IMG/VR virus record: IMGVR_UViG_3300026549_000895
Coordinates: 96,001 to 160,000 of that record
Origin: a virus
Lineage: Duplodnaviria; Caudoviricetes
Direction: 5' to 3' (one strand)
DNA: 64,000 nt
Shown piece after piece: positions 20,059-29,440 of the stretch (the first letter of the stretch is position 1; every line of letters starts with the position of its first letter). Under the pieces are notes generated by a model. That model was not told where the DNA came from. It saw only the letters and a program-made list of their open reading frames with translations, and searched no databases. Both the position numbers and the translations under genes were made by a program.

Positions 20059-20253
20059 TCATGTTGAACTTGGGTAAGCTCCTTCCGCGGCATATATCTT
20101 TTTAATACAGCCGCGCCTTGTTGTTTCGCAAATTATGAGATTTGTATTTGGATATGTTTGACATACATTCTGTGTTATTTTTGCGAGTCTTGCATCACAG
20201 TAATGCATTCTTCCAAGTCTCTGTTTTAGCTTCTTTCTTATTCTTACTTTCAT
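20059..20253 (-). CDS. Small basic protein (start reassigned to MKVRIRKK)
   Basis: GAGGAG RBS upstream of ATG 20253; shares the RIRKK N-terminal motif. Confidence 0.5.
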   Translation of the reverse strand: MKVRIRKKLKQRLGRMHYCDARLAKITQNVCQTYPNTNLIICETTRRGCIKKIYAAEGAYPSST

Positions 20254-20620
20254 TATTTGAAAACTCCTCATCAAGAAATTCCAATATAGACATATCTTCA
20301 AGATATTCAATTTTTGATTGAATAATATCGTTGAACTTTAAATGCGATTCACGAGTCGGCTTTTTAGGAATTCTTTTTATTTTCTTAAAATACTTATAAG
20401 CACGCTTAATATTTTTATTGAATATCTTGTAAGTAGGTAATTCAGATTCTTTTAAGCAATTCACCAGAACATCATTCATCACACTCTTATATTTTTTCAG
20501 ATATGCTTTATCAAGTCCTCTCTGATAATATTTCAATAACTCCCCGTAGCCTATTGCTGTACAATCATATGCAGGGATATAAATCTGATGTTTCTTTGAA
20601 TATCTATATGCTGCTATCAT
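20195..20620 (-). CDS. Hypothetical basic protein
   Basis: 141 aa ORF with ATGA overlap. Confidence 0.65.
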   Translation of the reverse strand: MIAAYRYSKKHQIYIPAYDCTAIGYGELLKYYQRGLDKAYLKKYKSVMNDVLVNCLKESELPTYKIFNKNIKRAYKYFKKIKRIPKKPTRESHLKFNDIIQSKIEYLEDMSILEFLDEEFSNNESKNKKEAKTETWKNALL

Positions 20621-20991
20621 TCTACTTCACCTGCCTCATATGCTCGATTGAATGCATGAAATGCGGATACTGATAAATCCAAAATTATCTTATCCCACAT
20701 TTCCTGATTTCTGGCAAACGACGAATTCTTATTTTTATACTTAAAAGCTCTGCGAATATTCTTTTCGAACATCGAGGATTTTTTCTTAGGCGGATTGTGC
20801 ATTATAAAAATCATGCGGTCATGCATCCAAAATCTGTATTTGTGACGATAATTCAATTTAAAAGCCATTCTTGTTATTGCTTTTCTTAAATAAGATGAAT
20901 AAGATTCATTTACGACAAATTTATTATCACTACCGAAATTAAATTGGATTTGATGCTTCTTTCGAATACGTTTATTTGGCATCTTCTTCAC
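20617..20991 (-). CDS. Hypothetical basic protein (NKRIRKK N-terminus)
   Basis: 124 aa ORF with RBS. Confidence 0.7.
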   Translation of the reverse strand: MKKMPNKRIRKKHQIQFNFGSDNKFVVNESYSSYLRKAITRMAFKLNYRHKYRFWMHDRMIFIMHNPPKKKSSMFEKNIRRAFKYKNKNSSFARNQEMWDKIILDLSVSAFHAFNRAYEAGEVE

Positions 20992-20994
20992 TCC

Positions 20995-22125
20995 TTACTT
21001 CACGGATGTTCTTGACCCGATATCAAAATGACGGAAGCCAACTTGGTCACATGCTGCGAGTGTGAAAGGTCCGTATGGTGCACAATCCTTATTATGAGGA
21101 CCACCATATGACAATTGACATTCCTGATTCTCTCTTGGACTTACATAATATGAATTGCAGAAACGTTCTAAATGTGCAACGTTATTATCTACAATTGCAT
21201 ATGGTATAAATAACCAGTCATATTTATGCGTCGTATCCTGATAGAACGACCATACGAAGCCGGATGTAGAGGGTAAAGAAATGTGTGTTTCCACTTCATC
21301 AATGACAAGAGCACCAAATATATCAACTTTCGCATTTGATATATATTGATATTTCGTTGGGTTAATAAAATCTTCTATTCCGTGATATGATGCATAAGGA
21401 CGACTGTTCAAACCATACTCAATGAAGTATAACATCTGAAGGCCTGATGCAATTTGAATTGTCCAAGACATAGATAAATCATTCGCTCCAGGAATCTCAA
21501 CATTTTTAGATATGCATACGCTATATATGAATCTATTGGCTTTACGATTCCAAAACATTGGATGAACTTTAAAACCTTCTGGTATTTTTGATGTTTCATC
21601 AAATGCTCGAGATGGAATGATTTCGTATTTAACAATGTTGCCATCATCTATATACGAAACTTTGTAAGCGAATTGTCTGATGAGAATCGAGTTATTTGAT
21701 TTACTAATAAACAATTCTGACAAATCGTTTTCTTCCGTTGTCACATATCTTTCGTTAATGTTATTTCGAGTATCATGATACACGATTGAACGTGTATAGA
21801 TTTTTGGTTCTTCTTTCTCTTCATCATCTAATTCTTTGACTTCTTCATTGTCAGAAGCATTTAAGTCAAACGGTAATGGCTTTTCTATGGTATACATTCC
21901 TTGACATATACCAAACATGCTTATACACGCGGTTTTTGGTTCTCCATTGTCATCATATATTCTGAATATTAATTTATGATTTTCATCATCAATTTCACTC
22001 AGAGTACCTGTATATGTTTTGTTCATATTATATGATGTAATCAAATACGGATATCCAGGTGTCAATGCATCTTTGTTGAATATCTGCACGACAACATCGT
22101 TAATTTTTTCATTGTTCAGTTTCAT
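20995..22125 (-). CDS. Protein with degenerate C-terminal CLec/Mtd-like (FGE-sulfatase-type) domain
   Basis: GFKVHPMF, LQMLYFIEYG, SYHGIED, YGG...GPF...IGSR terminal pattern. Confidence 0.55.
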   Translation of the reverse strand: MKLNNEKINDVVVQIFNKDALTPGYPYLITSYNMNKTYTGTLSEIDDENHKLIFRIYDDNGEPKTACISMFGICQGMYTIEKPLPFDLNASDNEEVKELDDEEKEEPKIYTRSIVYHDTRNNINERYVTTEENDLSELFISKSNNSILIRQFAYKVSYIDDGNIVKYEIIPSRAFDETSKIPEGFKVHPMFWNRKANRFIYSVCISKNVEIPGANDLSMSWTIQIASGLQMLYFIEYGLNSRPYASYHGIEDFINPTKYQYISNAKVDIFGALVIDEVETHISLPSTSGFVWSFYQDTTHKYDWLFIPYAIVDNNVAHLERFCNSYYVSPRENQECQLSYGGPHNKDCAPYGPFTLAACDQVGFRHFDIGSRTSVK

Positions 22126-22143
22126 TATTATTCCTCTTTTCTC

Positions 22144-22278
22144 TTAAATATTTTTCATTCTTTTTAAACAATTACTATCCATTGACAACAGCATGTTGAT
22201 AATTTCATCTTGTTCATTGCTTATTGAATTAATTGTTGGCGTAATATTTTTCAACGGATCCATTGTGTAAATAATCAT
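22144..22278 (-). CDS. 44 aa peptide, first ORF after a class A promoter
   Basis: AGGAGG RBS and ATG 22278; below the ORF-track cutoff. Confidence 0.45.
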   Translation of the reverse strand: MIIYTMDPLKNITPTINSISNEQDEIINMLLSMDSNCLKRMKNI

Positions 22279-22325
22279 TATTTATAACCTCCTGAAGTTA
22301 TTGACAGATATTTTCATATCTTCAT

Positions 22326-22340
22326 TTGAATAATATACAT
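22326..22340 (-). promoter_or_regulatory. Class A promoter ATGTATATTATTCAA
   Basis: Recurring motif just after the terminator at 22363-22381. Confidence 0.6.
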
Positions 22341-22396
22341 ATAAAGAATTAAATGTTAAAAAGCCCCGGATTTACCGGGGCCTTTATTAATAAGAA

Positions 22397-22885
22397 TCAA
22401 GCAATGGTTCCATCCTTGGGTTTGCTGGGATCTTCTACAATTTCAACCTCAGGTGCTTTCTCCTCTTCTGAGTCCTTCGGATCGTTCCTTTCCTTAATTA
22501 CCTGAGCAACTTCGCAGAACAAGCTTGTTATGGTATTTGCTTTTCCCGAAGATGTGTCAATTTCTGATAATCTCAAAGACTGAATCATTGACCAGTCAAT
22601 GGTGTTTATTGTCAGCTGTCCGATGGGAATTTCTTTTTGAGCTGTAAGATCAACATCAAGAACTTCGACTGTTACAGTCTGTGCAGTATGAGTTATAGCA
22701 CAGAAAACTGACTTGTCTTTTGCAATTGATGCCACATATGCATCGCGATCTTTGTTATATACAATGGCATCCGGACCCAACTGGAATTTGGAAGATACAG
22801 TTGCAATAGCTCTGTCAATAACATTGTAGACCTTTGTGATGTTGTTCTGAGCATTCATCATTTGCTGTTCGATAAATCCATTCAT
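22397..22885 (-). CDS. Hypothetical protein
   Basis: 162 aa ORF with RBS and a downstream terminator. Confidence 0.75.
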   Translation of the reverse strand: MNGFIEQQMMNAQNNITKVYNVIDRAIATVSSKFQLGPDAIVYNKDRDAYVASIAKDKSVFCAITHTAQTVTVEVLDVDLTAQKEIPIGQLTINTIDWSMIQSLRLSEIDTSSGKANTITSLFCEVAQVIKERNDPKDSEEEKAPEVEIVEDPSKPKDGTIA

Positions 22886-22918
22886 GTGAATTTACTCCTT
22901 TCAATTTTAAAAAGATAT

Positions 22919-23494
22919 TTATTGGTCTTTTGAGGTTGTAATAAATATACCAGCTTTGTCATTCAGTGCGATTCCTACATTTCCATATGTTGATTGAATC
23001 TGATATGAATAATCAAGAAATGAATGTTCCTCAATCGCTTTAACATATTTTGATACTATGTGTAGTTTTCCATCACGGATATCATAACCTAAAATTGAAC
23101 TGAATGATTTGACGTCTTTTGCATATATTTGTTCGCACTCAGATAGATTCAATAGTGTGTAAGGAGAACATATAAATTTTCCATCATCAAATATTAATTT
23201 TATTGTCTGAAGAAAATCCTTGTTTCGTATTATAGTAAACTCTTCAAGACTTGGTTTGAGATTCAGAAAAGAAACTCTTTCATCTATATTCGAAATCGAT
23301 ATTCCGTAATTGGGTTCATTATCTTCCTTTGTATGGGAGTGCGGAGACTTGTACAGCTTTTTGACGTTCTCAGAATCTCCATTGATAGAAATTAAAATCT
23401 TTGAATATTTGCTAATACCCGGAAGCTTGGAAGTTTCTGTTATACGTACTTTCGACAAATCGATTGAATTGTAAAATTTGTCTTTCTCTATCAT
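22919..23494 (-). CDS. Hypothetical protein
   Basis: 191 aa ORF with RBS; TACA-N6-TAA motif at 23520-23532. Confidence 0.75.
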   Translation of the reverse strand: MIEKDKFYNSIDLSKVRITETSKLPGISKYSKILISINGDSENVKKLYKSPHSHTKEDNEPNYGISISNIDERVSFLNLKPSLEEFTIIRNKDFLQTIKLIFDDGKFICSPYTLLNLSECEQIYAKDVKSFSSILGYDIRDGKLHIVSKYVKAIEEHSFLDYSYQIQSTYGNVGIALNDKAGIFITTSKDQ

Positions 23495-23573
23495 GACTAA
23501 GTCATCTCCTTATAAAAAATTATGTTCATGTAGAAAAAAGAACACCCCTCATATAGAAGGGTGCTCGTTCATA

Positions 23574-24635
23574 TTAGAAATATTTATTGGCAATTCTTTC
23601 GAATCGTCTCTTTTCTAATATAGATTTTGCAAATCCATATCCAATCTGATAATTTGTATCAGATTCGATATTGGAAATATCTTTGTTGTGTGCTACTATA
23701 TATTCACACGCAGCCACGGCGTCTGATTCGTCGTATTGACCATTCGGAGCCTTATATGAAGCAAATGTCGATATCGACAAATTGCCATATGACAAATCAC
23801 TCTTGTTTCCATTTAAAACAGAAACATGGTGATTATCTATTTCATGGTGAACATAACATTCGAGTGCTAACAGTCGAGCTGAGTGATTAGATTTACCACC
23901 AAGCACTGACAAATACAATGCCCTCGGGCTTTTAATGATTTTGTTTTCTTTTATCGTCTTTCCATCCGGAAGGAGATAAAAGAAAACACCATCCTCTCTG
24001 CACCATAAATATTTAAATTTAGGATGTCTGTATAATGTCATGTTAGTTTCATCGAATTTTCTTTCGTTCGGAAAATCATCTGATTTTGCTTTCAGATGGA
24101 TTTTGTCTCCATCCACAGTATAGATGTTTCGTAAATATTCACGAAACTTTGCATATATTTGGTTATTTGGTTTGATATCTGCATATAATGAAAACATTCT
24201 GATGATTTCATCAATAGGTGTTAATGCCTTCGGTGATTCATCGTGAGATATCTCATTATATGAGTCAAGGATAAATTCATCAAATTTATCCTTCAGAGGA
24301 TCTTTTTCTTTCTTCTTTGGAGTTGTTGTAGTTGTAGCTTTCTTTGGTGTCTTCTTCTCTTTTGGAATATCAACTATGGTTCCATCCGAATGATATTCCG
24401 TTATTCCCTCAACCTTTTCTTCCTTCTTTTCAGAAGGTGAAGGTCTTCGATTGTTAACATTACTGCTGACTTTACATTCGAGAAGAATCTCGCGTACCTT
24501 GAAGAACGCCGAGCGAAATTCTGATGAAGCCATTCTAAGTCCCATTATACATGCAACTGCGTCTGGCTCTTCATTGAATATTGTTTCCAATTCTGTCATG
24601 TTTTGGTATAACTTATTAATCTTTTCAATGTTCAT
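23574..24635 (-). CDS. Protein with degenerate NUMOD4/HNH-like C-terminal domain
   Basis: HPKFKYLWCREDG...ARLLALE...VSVLNGNKSDLSYGNL; C-terminus resembles that of 29441..31654. Confidence 0.6.
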   Translation of the reverse strand: MNIEKINKLYQNMTELETIFNEEPDAVACIMGLRMASSEFRSAFFKVREILLECKVSSNVNNRRPSPSEKKEEKVEGITEYHSDGTIVDIPKEKKTPKKATTTTTPKKKEKDPLKDKFDEFILDSYNEISHDESPKALTPIDEIIRMFSLYADIKPNNQIYAKFREYLRNIYTVDGDKIHLKAKSDDFPNERKFDETNMTLYRHPKFKYLWCREDGVFFYLLPDGKTIKENKIIKSPRALYLSVLGGKSNHSARLLALECYVHHEIDNHHVSVLNGNKSDLSYGNLSISTFASYKAPNGQYDESDAVAACEYIVAHNKDISNIESDTNYQIGYGFAKSILEKRRFERIANKYF

Positions 24636-24668
24636 AATATGAACCCTCCTTCTAATCCGTAAGGTGGA

Positions 24669-25271
24669 TCAAGCCGTTGTTTTTGTTTTAGTTGTGTAAG
24701 TTTCTTCTGTGAATATCGGAAGAAATTCATTTACGACATTATCATTGAGCTCTTCGAACTCAAGATATATGTCATGTTCGTCTTGGTGATAATCCACCAA
24801 GGTTCGAGGTTGCTGAACGTTGTCAGCCCCTCTGCAGTCGAAACATGTCAGTGGATTTACCAAGTTTCGAGATGAGTAAAACGCACTCTCTTTTTTGGAC
24901 AGAATGAAGACCCTACCACATTTTCTGCAAATTGTAGGTTCTTCATACGTGTCTGTTTTGTTCAACTTTTTCAGGTCACGGATACAGTTGTTTAGGGATT
25001 TGAATTTGTCCCATGACCTAACTTTGTATCTGGTTGGGTCGTATGGATTATCTATTACTCCGATAATCCATTTGTTTTCATACAAATCAAAGAGGGGTAT
25101 AAACTTCCTCTTGAAATACGAATTCAGAACTGCCAGTCTAATCTTTGTTAAAGAATTGACATTGTTAACAGTCCACTCCGGTGTTGGTATTGTGAATTCA
25201 TCAGCGATGTCTCCATCATCGCGGTGAACAACAATACTATTGTTGTTCTTAAGAACGATGTCTATGGTCAT
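24669..25271 (-). CDS. Protein with zf-trcl-type zinc ribbon
   Basis: CRKCGRVFILSKKESAFYSSRNLVNPLTCFDCR. Confidence 0.75.
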   Translation of the reverse strand: MTIDIVLKNNNSIVVHRDDGDIADEFTIPTPEWTVNNVNSLTKIRLAVLNSYFKRKFIPLFDLYENKWIIGVIDNPYDPTRYKVRSWDKFKSLNNCIRDLKKLNKTDTYEEPTICRKCGRVFILSKKESAFYSSRNLVNPLTCFDCRGADNVQQPRTLVDYHQDEHDIYLEFEELNDNVVNEFLPIFTEETYTTKTKTTA

Positions 25272-25278
25272 AATGACC

Positions 25279-25309
25279 TCCTTTCTGATATCAATTGTAG
25301 GAAGATATC
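25279..25309 (-). repeat. 31 nt 5' leader, identical to 12590..12620
   Basis: Exact match; preceded by class A motif ATTTATATCTTTAAT at 25325-25339. Confidence 0.9.
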
Positions 25310-25435
25310 GTATCCTTTTTCCATATTAAAGATATAAATATATAAAAAATAAAATATTTTTTGAAAATAAAAATTAATGAATCCCGGGAATAACCCGGGA
25401 TTTTGATGAAACAAATTGTCTATGCTAATTTAATG

Positions 25436-25448
25436 GACGGAACCGTAA
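25436..25448 (+). promoter_or_regulatory. Class B (late) promoter GACG-N6-TAA
   Basis: Upstream of the reassigned start at 25496. Confidence 0.6.
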
Positions 25449-25495
25449 TGGTCACTCATCTCATACTCAATACAAAAAAGGAAGGTCGTGTTTAT

Positions 25496-28315
25496 ATGAG
25501 TTTAAAAATTATGACAGATGTGGATTTGAATCAGAACGCGGTTAGAAATATTCCTGATAGTATAGAAACTGTATCGGGAAAACGAATGCATGCATTAGAT
25601 GCCGAATTGTCTTCAGAGTCCGAAAATCCAGTTCAGAACAAAGCTATCAAAGAAGCACTTGATGCACTTGATACAAAGATTGATGGAAAGACCGTAAATG
25701 TTGATGGTAGTTCCGTGATGAAAAGTACGGTCAATAATAGCGAAGTTCTATATGCAGTAGGATATCGAAACATTGTAAACAACGTTGAAAAAGGTGAATC
25801 ATTCAATGTTTCATTTGGTGGTAGAGTACCCCCTGCTGGATCATTGACTGCGACAGGTTTACAGTCACATGCAGAAGGAAATCATCCTACAGCCGAGGGT
25901 GATTACTCTCACGCCGAAGGATACTATGACACAGCTACCGGAACAGCATCACATGCCGAGGGAAATACAACTGTTGCTACAGGTGACTATTCGCATACCG
26001 AAGGTCATCAAGTTACGGCATATGGCGAATCTTCACATGCTGAAGGATATGGTGAACATCAGTATCAGTCCAGTATGGGAACGAACGTAAGATCATTATT
26101 TGACATCGCGGGTACGGCTAATGGTCGTATGAGTTTGGCATTTGGAGATTATTCGCATGCTGAAGGATCATCATCTGTTGCACTTGAAGAAGCTTCACAT
26201 GCTGAAGGAAAATATTCTCGAGCAATGGGATCTTTCTCTCATGCTGAAGGTTTTATGTCATGCACCTCCAAACAAACAGGAAACGCATCACATGCAGAAG
26301 GAATTGAAACTGATGCATATGAGTCTGCCTCACATGCGGAGGGCTACAGAACAAGAGCTGTTGGATATGGCTCTCACGCCGAAGGTCTTGGATCAAGCCG
26401 TAATTCGATTCCTTCATATTATCTTTATGAGAATATGAGTGGATATCAAATTGCACAAATGTGGATCAATTCTGATATAAATGTTGCATATTCAAATGCG
26501 TGTCATACCGAAGGTTGGGGTTGCGTGGCAATTTCCGAATACTCTCATGCCGAAGGAAGCAATACTCTTGCTTATGGTTCTACGTCACACTCAGAAGGCG
26601 AAAGCACAGATGCTTATGGAAATTATTCTCATATAGAAGGATATTCCTCTAACAAATTTTTTCCAACTTCGCTCAGTGATAGTAAAATAATATCAGCATT
26701 TGGGCAAGGCGCTTTTTCATTGGCGAAAGGAACTGCTTCGCATGTTGAAGGTAGTTGCAATATTGCATTAGGCGATAACTCACATGCTGAAGGAGCATAT
26801 AACGCTGTGATCAATCCACACTCGCATGTTGAAGGAATACATAATATTGTATATGGTTCAGAATCACATGCTGAAGGAGACTCAAATACAATAAATTCTG
26901 GATCGAATTACTCTCATGCCGAAGGATACTATAATACTATATCGGGTAATGGTTACTCTCATGCTGAAGGCAAACAAAATGTGATAAATGGAAATTGCTC
27001 TCATGCCGAGGGTTATTCTAATAATATCACAAGCGCAGATTATGCTCATGCTGAAGGTTCTAATAATACAGTTTCAAACAGCAGTGCGCATGCTGAAGGC
27101 TACAGAAATACTGTATCAGGATTACGTGCACATGCAGAAGGTTCTAATAATTTAGCATCTGGAAATTCTACTCATGCCGAAGGTTATGATACTGAAGCAA
27201 CCGGTGATTGTGCTCATGCGGAAGGCGAAAGCACAGAGGCTTCTGGTGATCAGTCTCATGCAGAGGGCTCTACCACATATGCTCAGGGAAATTATTCACA
27301 TGCTGAAGGTTTTACCAACTATGCAGAAGGACAGTGCTCTCACGCAGAAGGTTTTAACAATCATGCATATGATCCATTCTGTCATACAGAAGGTACCGGT
27401 AATGAGGCGCGTGGTGAGTGTTGTCACGTAGAAGGAAGCTTTAATATTATTACAGGAGATTCTGCACACGGTTCTGGAAGCCATAATAAAGGAACTGGTA
27501 AAGGCGGAATGTTCATAACAGGATCCTTGAATACAGGAATTGATAATAATAATCAATACGCTTCTCTTGTTGCAGGTCAAAGCAATAGTATTGGTGAACT
27601 CTCGTATGCCATCGGTACTAATTTGCATGCAAAGAACGGCTCATTTGTAATAGGAAATTACAACAGAACGCATACTACACCAACTCCTGGTGGAAATGTT
27701 CTGAACAATGTTATCAGATTCTTCACTCCTCAAAGTGGAGAAACTTTCTTACCAGAGAATGTGGTTTATGAGAATAAAATCATTGTAAAGAAAGATGACC
27801 AAGATAATGTTGTTAGTTTGATTATGTGCTTAAGAGGACTTGAGTCCAATGTCACAAAGAATCATATCACAAGTGTTACTGTAAACACAAATTTGGTTAA
27901 TGCACAATATTACTCCGTTGAGCGTAGTGCTGGAATTAGTCAGTGTATTGATCTGACAACTTTGCAAGCTGGATATCTGATAATTGATGCCGCTGGAATT
28001 ACTATCGATCCAAATGATAATTATCACGTTGATGTCGAGTATGTAAGTGCCCTTAATGATTCAAGAATCTTCCAAGTAGGAAATGGCATGTATGCAGAAT
28101 TTGAAGATTGTAATAATGAACATGAAGCGAATGCATTCTCTGTTTCTTATGATGGCACAGCAAGAGTTCAAAAGGATATCACATTCAAATACAAAGAACC
28201 CGGTACTGGTCCAATGGCAGGAATACATCGTATTTCCTGTCAGAAGATAGTTCAAGTTTTACTGAACATGGGTGTTAACATAACTGATTTGGAAGTATTA
28301 GATGATACTCCATAA
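25496..28315 (+). CDS. YadA-head-like (SHAEG repeat) trimeric adhesin / tail spike
   Basis: About 32 (S/A/C)H(A/T/V)EG repeats, mostly at 14-residue spacing. LDAELSSESENPVQNKAI motif and C-terminal FQVGNG...NAFSVSYDG. Start moved to ATG 25496 after the AAGGAAGG RBS. Confidence 0.85.
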   Translation: MSLKIMTDVDLNQNAVRNIPDSIETVSGKRMHALDAELSSESENPVQNKAIKEALDALDTKIDGKTVNVDGSSVMKSTVNNSEVLYAVGYRNIVNNVEKGESFNVSFGGRVPPAGSLTATGLQSHAEGNHPTAEGDYSHAEGYYDTATGTASHAEGNTTVATGDYSHTEGHQVTAYGESSHAEGYGEHQYQSSMGTNVRSLFDIAGTANGRMSLAFGDYSHAEGSSSVALEEASHAEGKYSRAMGSFSHAEGFMSCTSKQTGNASHAEGIETDAYESASHAEGYRTRAVGYGSHAEGLGSSRNSIPSYYLYENMSGYQIAQMWINSDINVAYSNACHTEGWGCVAISEYSHAEGSNTLAYGSTSHSEGESTDAYGNYSHIEGYSSNKFFPTSLSDSKIISAFGQGAFSLAKGTASHVEGSCNIALGDNSHAEGAYNAVINPHSHVEGIHNIVYGSESHAEGDSNTINSGSNYSHAEGYYNTISGNGYSHAEGKQNVINGNCSHAEGYSNNITSADYAHAEGSNNTVSNSSAHAEGYRNTVSGLRAHAEGSNNLASGNSTHAEGYDTEATGDCAHAEGESTEASGDQSHAEGSTTYAQGNYSHAEGFTNYAEGQCSHAEGFNNHAYDPFCHTEGTGNEARGECCHVEGSFNIITGDSAHGSGSHNKGTGKGGMFITGSLNTGIDNNNQYASLVAGQSNSIGELSYAIGTNLHAKNGSFVIGNYNRTHTTPTPGGNVLNNVIRFFTPQSGETFLPENVVYENKIIVKKDDQDNVVSLIMCLRGLESNVTKNHITSVTVNTNLVNAQYYSVERSAGISQCIDLTTLQAGYLIIDAAGITIDPNDNYHVDVEYVSALNDSRIFQVGNGMYAEFEDCNNEHEANAFSVSYDGTARVQKDITFKYKEPGTGPMAGIHRISCQKIVQVLLNMGVNITDLEVLDDTP

Positions 28316-28319
28316 TTAT

Positions 28320-28356
28320 AATTATATCCTCCCCCAAAACGGGGGAGGATATAATT
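28320..28356. terminator. Bidirectional terminator
   Basis: 16 bp perfect stem between convergent genes. Confidence 0.85.
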
Positions 28357-28358
28357 CA

Positions 28359-28580
28359 TTATGGATTTGGAGAAACATCTCCACCTTGTTCTGCCAACCA
28401 TTCATCAACTCTTGCAATGATTCCTTCAAGAGAAGCATTTTGAGATTGCATCAAATCTGTTGCTGCTTCCATGAATTCCGTCATTTGAGAAACAACATAT
28501 TTCCATGTAATTAAATACACATTCTTGTTGTCATCTTTTGGGAGTTTGAATCTGATTTGATCAGGTATACTGTTTGCCAT
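28359..28580 (-). CDS. Small hypothetical (possibly virion) protein
   Basis: 73 aa ORF with RBS. Confidence 0.6.
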   Translation of the reverse strand: MANSIPDQIRFKLPKDDNKNVYLITWKYVVSQMTEFMEAATDLMQSQNASLEGIIARVDEWLAEQGGDVSPNP

Positions 28581-28710
28581 ATTTATTACCCCCTTTAATA
28601 TTCTTCATAATATTCAACAGCACAATCACATTCAATTGCACAGATATAGGGTCAGACAAAGATGAATAAAAGATTCATAAAGAAACATGAGTGTTCATTG
28701 CCTTGCCTCC

Positions 28711-29307
28711 TCAGAACTTGATACCGTATACGCGCACAAGTCCGTTTGTGTCCGATAAGTTATTAGCTATTTTCTGTACAGTCGTGTCTTTAATGTACCA
28801 ATTGGTTGAGCGTCTCTCGAATGAAGTATGGAGGAAGTAATTATTTTTTAGCGAATTATTAAGCACATACACCGGTATTATCGGAGAAAACATCGTTGCG
28901 TTCCAGCGAGGGTCATCCAGATCATCACTCCACGATACCATCTCGAGTTGTATTGCGTCATAGTTGTTGATGTTATCGTGCAGCGTCCCCGTGAACGGCT
29001 CATATGGGATAGTGCCGCTGTTGTCTGCGGTGTAGTCCCATAGAACTGTAATACTGTAATTTCCACCACCGCCTCCACCTCCTCCTTCTTCGGGAAAGTA
29101 GTCGTAATAATTTCTTCCATTTATGACGTTTGACGTTCCAGATTCATATACCGTATACTTAGGAATCTGAATAAGATCCTTTACTTCCTTTGCATTTGCA
29201 GAATATCCAATAACTGGATTCGGCAAATTGATAATTGCTATATTGATGGGATTTAACTCCGGAACAGAGATATCATAAACATCAATACTTATTGTATGAT
29301 CAGCCAT
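28711..29307 (-). CDS. Putative virion fibre-associated protein with poly-Gly linker and swapped C-terminal module
   Basis: Gly8 linker; late motif AACG-N6-TAA at 29335-29347; higher-GC 3' half. Confidence 0.65.
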   Translation of the reverse strand: MADHTISIDVYDISVPELNPINIAIINLPNPVIGYSANAKEVKDLIQIPKYTVYESGTSNVINGRNYYDYFPEEGGGGGGGGNYSITVLWDYTADNSGTIPYEPFTGTLHDNINNYDAIQLEMVSWSDDLDDPRWNATMFSPIIPVYVLNNSLKNNYFLHTSFERRSTNWYIKDTTVQKIANNLSDTNGLVRVYGIKF

Positions 29308-29371
29308 GGCTTTTCGTTCCTTTCTATAATTTAATTAAAAATCCGTTCGAAACATTATTCCTTCTTCATAC

Positions 29372-29386
29372 ATGTATATCTTTAAT
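29372..29386 (+). promoter_or_regulatory. Class A promoter ATGTATATCTTTAAT
   Basis: Identical to the site at 57751-57765. Confidence 0.65.
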
Positions 29387-29440
29387 ATGATATGATAATG
29401 ATTCATATTATAATTCAATAAAACGGAGGTCGATTTAAAA

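Noticed and set aside
25860-27440. CRISPR-like periodic repeats (CATGCTGAAGG about every 42 nt)
   Set aside because: These are degenerate in-frame codons of SHAEG protein repeats. There are no cas genes.
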